Shown here: piece by piece, positions 1 to 11,011 of the stretch | Layout of the letters: every line of letters begins with the position of its first letter | How positions within the stretch are numbered: the stretch's first letter is position 1 | Made by a program: the position numbers and the translations under genes | The notes under the pieces: model-generated | The model's database searches: none | The model's input: the letters and a program-made list of their open reading frames with translations, nothing else | Told to the model about the DNA's origin: nothing | Virus record (IMG/VR): IMGVR_UViG_3300023235_000015 | Span: 38,343 to 102,342 of that record | Strand: one strand, 5' to 3' | DNA from: a virus | Length of the DNA: 64,000 nucleotides

Positions 1-1
1 C

Positions 2-217
2 ACAATTGAGCCTGCTGACTTTGATGCTGGTAAGACACCGCTTAGCAAGGAAGATAAGAAGCTATCTGAAGGTAAGTACAACCTAGATAAGATTGCGCGT
101 CTAGATATGACTTATGAAGAAGTTACTGATCTAATTGACAAGCAGCTAGGAGCTAATGAGACTGAAGATGATTCAGACGTTAACGATTTCCTAGACGATG
201 ATCCGTTCAAAGAGTAG
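2..217 (+). CDS. 3' end of a probable phage single-stranded DNA-binding protein (partial, not in ORF track)
   Basis: Frame 2 reads TIEPADFDAG...GANETEDDSDVNDFLDDDPFKE*. It has an acidic C-terminal tail with a DDDPF motif and lies directly upstream of the DNA polymerase gene. Confidence 0.5.
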   Translation, partial: TIEPADFDAGKTPLSKEDKKLSEGKYNLDKIARLDMTYEEVTDLIDKQLGANETEDDSDVNDFLDDDPFKE

Positions 218-312
218 TAGAAATTAATTAGAGTGTAGGTAGTCTCTATAATGGTAGAGAACTAAGTCACGCAACCAAAGCGTAGCCTACATTATATAGA
301 AAGGTATTACAG

Positions 313-1677
313 ATGTGCGACTATTGTAATCTACACGCTCACAGCGATAACAGTTTGCTGGATGGGGCAGTCACAACTATGGAAAGAGCTAGGCTTACAC
401 AAGAGCTAGGTCAGACCTCATTAAGTATTTCCGATCATGGAACCCTTATGGGCGTACCAGATCATATTGAATCTTGTAAAGAATATGGGCTTAAGCCTCA
501 TGTTGGAATTGAAGCTTACTTTAAACCTGATCGTCTTAAGCAAGACAAGCATAATAAAAAGTCATTCCATCTGTTGCTAACCGCACAGAATGAAGATGGC
601 TGGAAAAATCTAATTAAGCTCTCTAGCGAAGCTTATCAATCTGGTTTCTACTACAAGCCTAACATGGATTACTCTCTGTTAAAAAAACACTCAGAGGGAG
701 TCATTGCTTCTTCTGGCTGTATTTCAGGATACCTGCCGCGCCTAATTTTGAATGGTGCGCCGCAACATGAAATTGATGAATGTATTCAAAAGCACCTAGA
801 AATTTTTGGCGACAATTACTACTTTGAAATTATGCCACATGATTTAAATGAGCAGCGAGTAGTCAATCAACATCTAGTAAAGTATTCATTAGACTACAAT
901 ATACCTTTAGTTGCTACTAATGATTCTCACTATGGCAATAACGATGATGCGTCTACTCAAGACGTTCTGCTAATGATTGCTACTGGTCAATCTAGAAATC
1001 AGCGTGAAACTAAAAAGGAAGCTGGCGAAGAAGTGTACGAAATGGGTGAGGCTGACACGCTTCATATGATGAGTATGGATCAAATGAAGGATAAGTTTGC
1101 CACATACCATTATGATATTCCAGAAAACGTTATACATAAATCTTTACTAGAGTCAGGTAAAATTTCTGAGAAGATTGAAGAATTTGAACTAAGTAAAAAG
1201 ATCAAGATACCTAAGCTTTACAACACTAAAGATAAAGCTAAGAAGCAGCTTGAAAAATGGTGCCGTGAAGGTATGGACAGAATTGGTAAGACAGGCGTAC
1301 AGGAGTATGAAGATCGCCTATCATACGAGCTACAAGTTATTTACGATATGGAGATTGAAGATTACTTTATCCTAGCCGCTAACACGGTGCGTTGGGCTAG
1401 AGATAGCGGCATTAGAATATCTAGTGGTCGTGGTTCTGCCGCAGCGTCTATTGTATGTTACTTAAGTAAAATTACGATGATTGATCCCATTACACATAAG
1501 TTCAAGTTTGCTAGATTCCTAAATAAGAACAGAAGTGGGAAGCCAGAATTACAATTTCCTACTATTGAGTCTGATAATTATAGCGGCTTGACGGAAACCG
1601 AGCTTTTTGATATTATTGAATACAATGGAAAAAGCAATGCCGGAATCCAAAATAACCAAAGTATGCCCAGTATGTAA
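313..1677 (+). CDS. dnaE: DNA polymerase III alpha subunit, N-terminal part (PHP domain and start of palm)
   Basis: Motifs LHAHSDNSLLDG, SDHG, HLLLTA, TNDSHY, GRGSAAAS and FARFLNKNR. AGAAAGG RBS upstream. Confidence 0.93.
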   Translation: MCDYCNLHAHSDNSLLDGAVTTMERARLTQELGQTSLSISDHGTLMGVPDHIESCKEYGLKPHVGIEAYFKPDRLKQDKHNKKSFHLLLTAQNEDGWKNLIKLSSEAYQSGFYYKPNMDYSLLKKHSEGVIASSGCISGYLPRLILNGAPQHEIDECIQKHLEIFGDNYYFEIMPHDLNEQRVVNQHLVKYSLDYNIPLVATNDSHYGNNDDASTQDVLLMIATGQSRNQRETKKEAGEEVYEMGEADTLHMMSMDQMKDKFATYHYDIPENVIHKSLLESGKISEKIEEFELSKKIKIPKLYNTKDKAKKQLEKWCREGMDRIGKTGVQEYEDRLSYELQVIYDMEIEDYFILAANTVRWARDSGIRISSGRGSAAASIVCYLSKITMIDPITHKFKFARFLNKNRSGKPELQFPTIESDNYSGLTETELFDIIEYNGKSNAGIQNNQSMPSM

Positions 1678-2278
1678 TAAAGCATTTATTTCATATAAGT
1701 GTAAGAATCAGCATGTATGTTCTAAAAATTGTCGGCATAAAGCACATTCTACTAAAATGAAGCAATATGAAAATAAAAGTTGCGCCTTTTGTAAAAAAAA
1801 ATTTTATGCGAAGAATGGTAATCAAAGTCAAAGATTTTGTTCGTTAGAATGTTTTCATAATTCTACTAAAGTAAAATGTTTAGTGTGTAAAAAGCCAATA
1901 TTAAAGAAACTAAAAACTTGTTCTCGTAAATGTATGGCAATTCGCTACAAAGAATTGCTAAAGGGTGAGAACAATCCTAATTGGAAAGGCGGATTTTTTA
2001 GCAGAGAAAACTCATTAGTATCAGCTAAACTTAGAAAAGAAGTTTTAACCAGAGATAACAATAAATGTCAGGAATGCGGAGTAACAGATTGGAACGAAAA
2101 ACCCAGCCTATTACATACGCATCATATAATAGAATTTACAGATGGCGGCGCAACAGAATTATCTAATCTCATAATTCTTTGTTTTGTGTGTCATTGGGAA
2201 AGGAAGCATGGATATACGTTGGGTAAAAATATGCAAGAAATCGCATCCAGAACGGGTTGCGGAGATTACAGAAGATAA
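1625..2278 (+). mobile_element. Free-standing HNH homing endonuclease with repeated Cys-rich zinc modules, inserted into dnaE
   Basis: Repeated CxxC...CSxxC modules, GENNPNWKGG linker, and RDNNKCQEC...HHI...NLIILCFVCH HNH core. Overlaps both dnaE halves in a third frame. Start uncertain (1607, 1625 or 1637). Confidence 0.85.
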
Positions 2279-4361
2279 GCTAACCGAAGAAATAGTTAGT
2301 ATACCTGATAAGTATACTAAAAAGCTACAGCTTTGTTTGCTAAATAAAGAAAAGATAGATAACTTAACAAATAGCAGCTTACTGTATTGTTTAGGAATAA
2401 CTAATGACAAGCCAACTGGCGATATTAAACGTGTTGGTGGGTCTATGCCCGACATTGACCTTGACTTTGATCCTGAACGTATTCCAGAAGTTATTGCGTA
2501 TTTAGAAAAGCTTCTAGGTAAAGATCACGTATGTCACATTTCAGCGGTTGGTACTTACAAACCTAAGTCTGCTATTAAAGACGTAGCGCGAGTTCTAAAT
2601 GTACCTTTTGCTGAAGTCAACGCCGTAACTAAAATGATTCCTGATCCTCCCGATCAGCCGCCGCTAGATATTCTTTACAGAGACTATCAAGAGGTAGCAG
2701 ATTTCTTAGATGCTTGGCCCGAAGTAAAGAAACACGCATTCAAAATTGAGGGAATGAAAAAGCAATTATCTAGACACGCCGCTGGTATTCTAGTGTCGCC
2801 GTTCCCAATTACAGATGAAATGCCAATTATTAGAGGCAAGGAATCTATGGTAACAGGCTTTACTGATACCGCTGGTGCTGAGTGGGTAACTGGTCTAGGA
2901 TGGATGAAGCTTGATATTCTTTCTATTGACGGGCTAACTAAACAAGGCAAAGTAATTGAATCTGTTTACAGGCGCACAGGCAAAAAAATTAATCTTGATG
3001 AGCTTTCTGTAGCTACTGATCCAGATTCCGCCGATCCTAAAGTGCTAGAGATTTTATCATCTGGTAGGAATGAAGGCATTTGGCAGTTTCGGTCTAAGGG
3101 TGCGTCCAATTTCATTAAAGATATTGGGCCAACGTCATTCTACGATATCGCCGTAGCTAATGCTCTATACAGACCGGGTGCGCTAGATGGTGGTGACGCT
3201 TTTAAGTATGCTGCTTGTAAGCATGGCAAAGATGTTCCTACTTATTGGCATCCATCAGTAAAACCGTTCCTAGAATCAACTTATGGAATTGTAGCATTTC
3301 AGGAACAGCTAATGGAAATCGCTGAAGAACTTGGCGGATACACACCAGAAGATGCTGATGATTTACGTAAGATTGTATCTAAGTTATATAGGATTGGCAA
3401 GGCACAGGCATCTAAGATCATGAACGAGAACAAGCCTAAGTTCGTTAACGGCTGCAAGAGCAATGGGCTAACTGAGAGCGAAGCTGAGCTAGTTTGGGAA
3501 CGCTTTCTAGCATTTAGTGGTTACGGATTCAATTACATTCACGCGGCCTCATATGGATTTACCGCCTATCAAGATGCCTACTTAAAAGCTTACTACCCTA
3601 TGGATTTCTACGCTGCTGAATTAAGCGGCTCTGACGAGGTAGCCAGTATTGTAAGAGAGGCAAGATTCTCAGATATTATTGTTAGTCCTCCCGATATTAA
3701 CAGGTCAGAAAAAGAATTTACTATTGATGAAGAAGAACAAAAAATTCTCTATGGTTTGCGAGCAGTAAAGTATATTGGTAGCGAGGCAGTAAAAACAATT
3801 GTTAACACTCGTAAAAATGATCCTTACATTGACATACATAATTTTCGTAATAGAGTAGCCCCAAAGAAGGTAAACAAAAGAGGTCTAGACTATTTGGTAA
3901 AAGCTGGTGCATTTGATAGCGTTGGTGAAAGAGCGCAGCTTGATAAGCTACAGAAAAGAGCATTAGAAGCTGAGGCAATTGGAGTCGAGCTTACTGGATC
4001 ACAAGACGCTCTAAAATATTCCGGCATTCTAGAATCAAGAATAAAGACAGAAAAGCAAGTAGAGAGCGCCGCAGATGGTAGCGGTCTAACGGTTGGCGGT
4101 GAAATTACAGCAGTAAAGCAAATTGAAATTAAGCGAGGAAAGTTTAAGGGAAAGCCTATGGCATTCGTTGATATTTCTCACAAGGCAGATAGCTACTCAT
4201 GTACTGTATTTACTGACAAATTTTACAAGTATCAGGACTTGCTTTCTGAGGGCAATATTGTTATTGTTAGAGGTAGAAAGAGTGATCGAGGCGGATTACT
4301 ACTAGACACTATGGCTAGGCTTGAAGATTTAGCAAAAGCATTGGAGAAAAATAATGAATGA
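2208..4361 (+). CDS. dnaE: DNA polymerase III alpha subunit, C-terminal part (catalytic Asp residues, fingers, HhH, OB fold)
   Basis: Motifs SMPDIDLDF, RHAAG, KLDIL, YRPG, FQEQ, GYGFN..HA and PPDINRS, plus a C-terminal OB fold (MAFVDI). ATG 2208 follows GAAAGGAAGC. The ORF track starts at 2184. Confidence 0.92.
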   Translation: MDIRWVKICKKSHPERVAEITEDKLTEEIVSIPDKYTKKLQLCLLNKEKIDNLTNSSLLYCLGITNDKPTGDIKRVGGSMPDIDLDFDPERIPEVIAYLEKLLGKDHVCHISAVGTYKPKSAIKDVARVLNVPFAEVNAVTKMIPDPPDQPPLDILYRDYQEVADFLDAWPEVKKHAFKIEGMKKQLSRHAAGILVSPFPITDEMPIIRGKESMVTGFTDTAGAEWVTGLGWMKLDILSIDGLTKQGKVIESVYRRTGKKINLDELSVATDPDSADPKVLEILSSGRNEGIWQFRSKGASNFIKDIGPTSFYDIAVANALYRPGALDGGDAFKYAACKHGKDVPTYWHPSVKPFLESTYGIVAFQEQLMEIAEELGGYTPEDADDLRKIVSKLYRIGKAQASKIMNENKPKFVNGCKSNGLTESEAELVWERFLAFSGYGFNYIHAASYGFTAYQDAYLKAYYPMDFYAAELSGSDEVASIVREARFSDIIVSPPDINRSEKEFTIDEEEQKILYGLRAVKYIGSEAVKTIVNTRKNDPYIDIHNFRNRVAPKKVNKRGLDYLVKAGAFDSVGERAQLDKLQKRALEAEAIGVELTGSQDALKYSGILESRIKTEKQVESAADGSGLTVGGEITAVKQIEIKRGKFKGKPMAFVDISHKADSYSCTVFTDKFYKYQDLLSEGNIVIVRGRKSDRGGLLLDTMARLEDLAKALEKNNE

Positions 4362-4967
4362 AAAAGATAGTTTTAAACAAGACATTGAAGTAGTAGTACA
4401 AGAAGGTTTTGAACTAGGATTATCTCCAACTGAAATAGACAAAATGGTTCAAGAAGTTATTGCTTGGGCAACAATTCAATTTACAAAAGAAGATAGTTTT
4501 GAATGAAAGCATTTGATATACATAACACACCAGATACATTTGACGCTTTTATTATAAGTGTAAAAAAGCTAATAGAAGAAACTGAAGTAGAAGTAGACGA
4601 CTGGTATCCAGATGCTTTATTTACCGTAGATGAATATGATTTAGGAAGAATAATTGATATTGACGAAGAAGTAGCAGAACTAGAAATTCCTCATCAAGCA
4701 ATACTAGAAACTAAATGTGTACAGCACATTATGAAAGACAAAGTAAAATGGTACGCGCACGTATCAGTTGTAGGTGACGATGATGGAAAAAAATATTTAG
4801 TTTTAGTTATTGGCAGTTTTACCCAAACGGGAATGTGGATATCAGAAATTATTCAGCACGAAGGTTATGAATATGTAAAACAATGGGATGGGTTAGCACC
4901 ATCAGAACATTTTCCAAAAATAGTAATACCACTTAGACGAGCAATAGTTAATAGAGGATAAAAAATA

Positions 4968-6077
4968 ATGGCAGTTGATACAAGCAAGATAGCAGAGATT
5001 GTAAAGGCAGTAGAAAAAGAATATGGTAAGAACGTAATTCACAAGAGTACAGATTTTGAGCGCATTATGCGTATCCCATTTGACTCTATTGAAATGAACG
5101 TGATTACTGGTGGCGGCGTACCTATTGGTCGCTGGTCTAGATTTTGGGGCGGCGAGAGTTCGGGCAAAACTACTCATGCTCTAAAGACTATTGCTAACGC
5201 TCAGAAGATTCATATTATTGGCGAACAGATGATGGACTGTAACTTTGAGCCTGTGCAACGTGAAGGTGAAAGACTAGTCAAGGCTTTCCCTAATGGAATG
5301 GAATGTGCCTACTACAACATCGAGCAATCATTTGATAGGATTCACGCCGAAGCATTAGGCGTAGATACTGAGAGACTATGGCTAGTTGACGGTAACGAGC
5401 TAGAGGCAGTAGGAGAAATTCTACACGCTGGTCTAGAAGGTTTTCATCTTCATGTAATTGACTCAGTAAACGAAGCTGTGCCAATGGATGCAGCAGCATC
5501 AGATATTTCTGATTGGCAGAGAGCTTTGAATTCAAGAGTATGGAGCAAGGTACTTGATAAGGCAGAAAGCGCAGTTGGAGAAGGTGAAAACGCCGTAATT
5601 TTGATTGACCAAGTTCGTCAAGATATGTTTACAGGCGGTGAGAAAATGTCAGGCGGAAGGCGCTTAGGACACGTATCATCAATGACTATTCATTTCAAAC
5701 ATGGCAGGGAACAATATTTTAATAATTCTGGTGCGCTAAAACCTGAAAAACCAAAAGTAGGAGATAACTTCTCAGGAGAGGCTGACGCTGACGCTTATCT
5801 ACTTCACGCGCACGTTCGTAAGAGCCGTGTAGGCACAGCGCAGCGCAAAGCTAACATCTTCTATGAGTATGAGAAACGTGGCGTAGACAGGCTACAGGAG
5901 CTAGCAAAGGCATCCTACTGGCTAGGGTTCACACAGAAGTCAGGCTCATGGTTTACGTTACCCGACGAATCAAGTGTACAAGGCATTGGTAAGCTAATGG
6001 AGTACATTGATTCAGATGTAAATATTCAAAAACAAATTCAAGATAAAATTTACCAATACTACTATGAGCATCCTTAG
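4968..6077 (+). CDS. recA: RecA/UvsX-like recombinase
   Basis: GGGVPIGR, Walker A GGESSGKTT, Walker B VIDSV, IDQVR and GG..LGH motifs. Confidence 0.88.
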   Translation: MAVDTSKIAEIVKAVEKEYGKNVIHKSTDFERIMRIPFDSIEMNVITGGGVPIGRWSRFWGGESSGKTTHALKTIANAQKIHIIGEQMMDCNFEPVQREGERLVKAFPNGMECAYYNIEQSFDRIHAEALGVDTERLWLVDGNELEAVGEILHAGLEGFHLHVIDSVNEAVPMDAAASDISDWQRALNSRVWSKVLDKAESAVGEGENAVILIDQVRQDMFTGGEKMSGGRRLGHVSSMTIHFKHGREQYFNNSGALKPEKPKVGDNFSGEADADAYLLHAHVRKSRVGTAQRKANIFYEYEKRGVDRLQELAKASYWLGFTQKSGSWFTLPDESSVQGIGKLMEYIDSDVNIQKQIQDKIYQYYYEHP

Positions 6078-6239
6078 AAAGAACTATGACTGTAGAAATA
6101 GAACTAAAAAACGATACAAAAAGTAGATATATTTATGATGTAAAACATGAGCAAAAGCACGACGGTTTTTACATAATTCAAAGTAAAAAAGATAAATATT
6201 TTTTTGCTATTGATCAAATAAAATCAGTTAGGATTATCA

Positions 6240-8108
6240 ATGGCTGATAGACAACAAACAATGGCGGCATTAGGATTAGATGTAGATATCGTATCGCCAT
6301 TAATTGAAAAAGCGTATAAGAATGAAGCTAAGGCTATCTTCGAGAAAGACTTATTTAGTTCCCCTCATGGAGAACATTGGGCTACTTGCTTAGCTGGCGA
6401 AACTGAAATAGTAACAAGAGGCGGGATAAAACAAATTAAAGATTGTTTGGGTATTGAAGAAATTCTTATACCTAAAAGAGGTAAGGGTAAATTTAAGAAG
6501 TGTGAAATAAGGAATTTTGGACCCAACTATCTTTATAGAATTGAATTAGTTAAGGGTAAGAGTAAAAAAACTGTTTATGCTACACACGATCACAGGTGGT
6601 ATCTTAAGGATGATTCAGTTAGCTATACAGGGGTATTAAATATTGGAGATAAACTAAAATCTATAAAATCTCAGAGCGTTGTAAATAATCATAAACTAAT
6701 TAGATTTGCAGCGGCGCAAGGATTTGTTTTTGGCGACGGTACAACCGGGCTAAATTCTAGCCATCTTGACTTACATCATAATGGCAAAGATGAATGTATG
6801 CTTGACTATTTCATAGGTCACGATACTAGCTTATTAAGTAATCTTAGTGGAATGATTATAACAAGAATTTTGGATTTGCCTGCTAATTGGAAAAACTTAC
6901 CAGATATTTATGAATCTAGAAAATTTTTAATATCTTGGTTGGCTGGTTATTTTGCTGCTGATGGACACGTTTCTAAAACAGGTTCTATGAGATTAGTTTC
7001 TAGCGAATATGGAAATCTTGATTTCGTTAGAGCAGTCTTATCTATTTGTGGTATTTCATATGGAAAAATTACGCAAAGGGAATCTGGAAAATATAAATGG
7101 CATGAATTGTCAATTGAAAATAAAAATATTCCAGATTGGTTTTTTATATTAGATAAACATAAAGATAGATCAGATAATTCAAAACGGGACACAAGAAAAT
7201 TAGATTGGAAAGTATTAGATATACAACTAACAACTAGGTGTGAAGATGTTTATTGTGCTATTGTCCCTGAAGAAAATAGTTTTGCTTTATCTGGCGATCT
7301 ATTGACTGGAAATTCTTTTCACGCTTCACAATTTCCCGGCGACGAGGAAACAGCTTGTGCTAGAAAAGCTATGTATGGGTTTATGAATATACCTGATACT
7401 AGTCCTGCCTCTCGCAAGCTAGTTACATCAGCCGAATCTGGTTTAGATTTAGAGGATCGTATTGTGTGGAGATTACACCGCGCCGGTATTTTACTATCTA
7501 ATCCACCAGACGCAGATCATCAGACTAACTTTACTGATGAAAAGCATTGGCTTAGTGGTAACTCAGATGCAATCATAAAGATACCAAGATCAAACCGGCC
7601 CTATGCTTTGGAAATTAAGTCTAAGTATGGTAGGGTTATTGAAGAAATGCAAAGAGGGGATCGTGAACCTGATCCACAGCATGTAAATCAGCTAATGACG
7701 TATATTAGTCTAATTCATATGTATGGAAAAGAACACTGGCCCGATATGGATAAGTGTATGGGTGGTTCATTACTATATGTAAGCCGTGACGATCCTTCTC
7801 AGACGTTTGAATTTAAATTGAAGTACAACCAAAAATGGCTAGATGAAGGTCTAGCTCGCTTAGAAAAGTGGCAGGGATATTTCTTAGATGAAACTATACC
7901 AGAACGACAAGAACACTTCATGTGGAGTAAAGGCGCTTGTCAGTATTGCCCGATGAAACGCGAAGCCTGTAAAAAAGATTTCAAAGATGGTATTACAGAT
8001 ATGAATAAATCACATGGTATTGCTTATGCTAAAACAATACGTAAAAATTACGATTATAAGGAAACAAGAGAAGCCGTATTAGAACGGTGGATCAAGGACA
8101 GTAAATAA
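6240..8108 (+). CDS. Cas4-like PD-(D/E)xK nuclease containing an intein
   Basis: Extein motifs CARK, SGNSDAII, LEIKS, QLMTY and CQYC...C give the 4-Cys Fe-S pattern of the Cas4/AddB family. Confidence 0.8.
   Translation: MADRQQTMAALGLDVDIVSPLIEKAYKNEAKAIFEKDLFSSPHGEHWATCLAGETEIVTRGGIKQIKDCLGIEEILIPKRGKGKFKKCEIRNFGPNYLYRIELVKGKSKKTVYATHDHRWYLKDDSVSYTGVLNIGDKLKSIKSQSVVNNHKLIRFAAAQGFVFGDGTTGLNSSHLDLHHNGKDECMLDYFIGHDTSLLSNLSGMIITRILDLPANWKNLPDIYESRKFLISWLAGYFAADGHVSKTGSMRLVSSEYGNLDFVRAVLSICGISYGKITQRESGKYKWHELSIENKNIPDWFFILDKHKDRSDNSKRDTRKLDWKVLDIQLTTRCEDVYCAIVPEENSFALSGDLLTGNSFHASQFPGDEETACARKAMYGFMNIPDTSPASRKLVTSAESGLDLEDRIVWRLHRAGILLSNPPDADHQTNFTDEKHWLSGNSDAIIKIPRSNRPYALEIKSKYGRVIEEMQRGDREPDPQHVNQLMTYISLIHMYGKEHWPDMDKCMGGSLLYVSRDDPSQTFEFKLKYNQKWLDEGLARLEKWQGYFLDETIPERQEHFMWSKGACQYCPMKREACKKDFKDGITDMNKSHGIAYAKTIRKNYDYKETREAVLERWIKDSK
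6387..7313 (+). mobile_element. Intein (309 aa) with LAGLIDADG endonuclease, in the Cas4-like gene
   Basis: Begins CLAGETEIVT; block B ATHDHRW; LAGLIDADG motifs QGFVFGDG and LAGYFAADG; block F DVYCAIV; ends LLTGN followed by +1 Ser. Confidence 0.9.
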
Positions 8109-8785
8109 ATGAAGCAATACGAGATAGAAATAACCGCCGTAATCGCGGCAGAGGACATTGACGAGGCCGCAGGACACGCCGACGAGCTTTGTGATATAAT
8201 GGTCGCTCAGGGGCAAGCCGTGTCCGACGCATACTGGAACGAGCTACTAGCCGCAGTGGGCGACTAATAGAGAGGAAAAATGGTGTATACTGAAGAACAT
8301 TTAAGAGACACTTTTTGGAACGGAGTAAATACAAATATTCCGCAAGATGTAAAAGACAAAGGGCCAATAGCAGTTATCCGTTTCACAGATAACGAGTACA
8401 GAATTTGGTTTGAAGGAAAATTTCAAACTGAAAGCGAACTTAATGCCTTTAACTAACGAGCAAATGAATGAAATAAGAGAAAACTGTATTGACCCAATGT
8501 GTACAAGAACGGGATTTGTTGGTAAAGACAGCATATGTATAAATATGCATTGTACTTATTGTGGCGAACGCTGTAGCCCACAAGGACATTTTGAATGTCC
8601 TGTTAGGGAAAAAGAACAGGAGACTAAAATAATGACAACAGAGTTTGAAGAAGTAATAATTACAGTTGATAAAAAAGAACTAGATTATCTTCGTAAACGT
8701 GATGCTGACCTTACTGAGTTAGAAAAAGAAAAAAAGAACGTAGACATTTTTTTAATTGAAAATTCAGAAAGGACAGTAGAACTAA

Positions 8786-9487
8786 GTGAGTAAAAATAAA
8801 GTAAAAGCAGCCGCAGCAATTATCAATGAGTGTAAGTCTAGAGGCTACTACGATAAGCCTATGCCATCTAAGGATGGAGATATTATTACACTCGCTGAAC
8901 AGTTATTAGGGAGAGCAGAGTTAGCTTTAGAAAATGGCAGCACAAAGCCTGATGTTAAAGACATTGTATCAGTTGGCGCAGTATACAAACTATCAGATAC
9001 ATCTAGTGATGCTGATGAGTCACGATACGTAAGCCTTATTATGGAAGATGTAGATGGACTACCAAATCCATTTCAGCCAACAGAAGAAGAAATACTTCCT
9101 TACGATCTTAGTACGCTAACTGTAAAAGAAATTATGCGATATACTGGTATTTATAACTCTTGCTTTGGGTACGCTAATCATAAGTATTCACTAGAGGAAG
9201 CTGGTTCAGCGGCAGCCAAAATTATTGCTGATGAGGCATATGACGAGTGGCTTGTAGGAGCGCCTAAGAAAGACGAAGAAACTAAGAAACCTAAGACCGC
9301 TAGACAACTAGAGGCAGAGGCTAACGTACAGGACGCTAGAGTAAAGAAGTGGCGTACCAAACAGAAGGAACATCTGACTAGGGCTAAGAGGTACAAGCGC
9401 CTAAAGGATATTTATTTCGAAAACTGTGAACGCCTATCAAGAGCTTTCACAGCTATACAAGACGAACGCAAATACACAAGCGGATAA
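8786..9487 (+). CDS. Hypothetical protein with helical C-terminus
   Basis: Long ORF in the operon direction, no recognised motif. Confidence 0.6.
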   Translation: MSKNKVKAAAAIINECKSRGYYDKPMPSKDGDIITLAEQLLGRAELALENGSTKPDVKDIVSVGAVYKLSDTSSDADESRYVSLIMEDVDGLPNPFQPTEEEILPYDLSTLTVKEIMRYTGIYNSCFGYANHKYSLEEAGSAAAKIIADEAYDEWLVGAPKKDEETKKPKTARQLEAEANVQDARVKKWRTKQKEHLTRAKRYKRLKDIYFENCERLSRAFTAIQDERKYTSG

Positions 9488-10294
9488 AGGAAATATACAA
9501 TGGCAAGTTACGGAGAAGGCAGTACAAACAAGGTTAAAGAAAATAAAGAAAAAAGTTTACTATACAGTTTTATGGGGTTATTTTTAACAATTCCTATTTT
9601 GACAGGTATGCTAGGCAGTATTGTATGGTTTAATATTTTTATCTGGTCACAGATTTTCTAATTAGATGAGTGTAAAACTAACACCCGAAAATTACAAAAG
9701 ATACTATGAGTGGGATACACTACCTTACGAAATAAGAACAGTTACTATAGAAAAATTAAGCGACAGATTAAAATTAGATGAGCTTTTAGTTACAGAGTTA
9801 GAAAAAGTTATTAAAGCTGATCAGAACTGGTGGTGCCACGTAAGCGAAGAATTTGAAAAAGAAACTAAACAGTTTCTAACACACAGAGTAGCTGCTAGAT
9901 CATGGGATGATTATTGGGCAGCAGCAATTGAAAAATCTATTGAAAAAATAGTAGAAAGCGCAGAATATGACAAGACTTGAACTTAAAGTAGAAAATGTAG
10001 GAAGTATTATAGCAGACAAAGATGGCGAGCTTTGGACTGTACAGGTGTACAAAGATGGCATAGGAAATATGGGCGGCTGGACTGGCAGCGACTTACATAT
10101 AGCTTGGAATGAAGCTCTAGCTAATCTAGATATAGACTTATATTATGAACTTACTACTAAAAAAGAACAGGATTACAGATGAAATTAATTGGACTAGTAT
10201 TTATTGTATTTGGAATTTTAGCATTTTTTATTACAACACCAATTGCCGCAGTATTAACAGGAGCAGCATTGTTACTTTACGCTGAATTTGGATA

Positions 10295-11011
10295 ATGAAA
10301 ATTGATTATTTGAATGACGGAATTTCAGGTGTAGAGCTAGTAAACGTAACAGGTACAGAGCTTGATATTGTTAACGCCGCCAGAGTGTCATTACATAAAG
10401 AGTCAAATTGGGAGCATTCCGATTCTAGTAAAGCTGGTGGAATTCTTGACGATAAAGATAAAGGGCTAATCAATTTTCTTATGAAAAATAAGCATGGTAC
10501 TCCATTTGAAATGGGATTCCAAGCCACGTTTAGATTACGTATGCCTATCTTTGTTGCGCGTGAACACGTTAGACACAGGATTGGACATAGTATTAATGAA
10601 GAAAGCGGAAGGTATGTAGAAATGCGCCCTGATTTTTATACTCCCGAAACTGTAAGAACTCAACACGGTAAGCCGGGTGCTTATACATTTGTAGACACAA
10701 ACGATCTAGTACTACAAGAAGAATTTAAAGCAGAGCTAGAATATCGAAGTAAAGAAACTTACAAACTATACAAGTATTTTCTAGATGCTGGCGTAGCAAA
10801 AGAACAAGCAAGAATGTTTCTACCTCTGAATTTATATACAGAAATGTTGTGGACTTGTAACGCACGTTCACTAATGAATTACTTAGAGCTACGCGCTCAC
10901 AAAGACGCTCAATTAGAAATTAGGTATCTAGCTGAAACGCTAGAAGCAATTTTTTCTATATACATGCCTAACACTTGGGAAGCGTTTAACAAAGAAAGGA
11001 TATCACCTTAA
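10295..11011 (+). CDS. thyX: FAD-dependent thymidylate synthase
   Basis: AARVS, HGTPFE, REHVRHR...NEESGRY, EQARMFLP and AQLEIR motifs. Confidence 0.95.
   Translation: MKIDYLNDGISGVELVNVTGTELDIVNAARVSLHKESNWEHSDSSKAGGILDDKDKGLINFLMKNKHGTPFEMGFQATFRLRMPIFVAREHVRHRIGHSINEESGRYVEMRPDFYTPETVRTQHGKPGAYTFVDTNDLVLQEEFKAELEYRSKETYKLYKYFLDAGVAKEQARMFLPLNLYTEMLWTCNARSLMNYLELRAHKDAQLEIRYLAETLEAIFSIYMPNTWEAFNKERISP

Noticed and set aside
233-292. Hammerhead ribozyme
   Set aside because: A three-stem layout is present, but there is no CUGANGA/GAAA core on either strand.
1530-2460. Split intein or group I intron in dnaE
   Set aside because: No C1/block A or terminal HN motifs, no recognisable P7 or other core elements, and no non-coding space. 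Not formally excluded without a covariance-model search.
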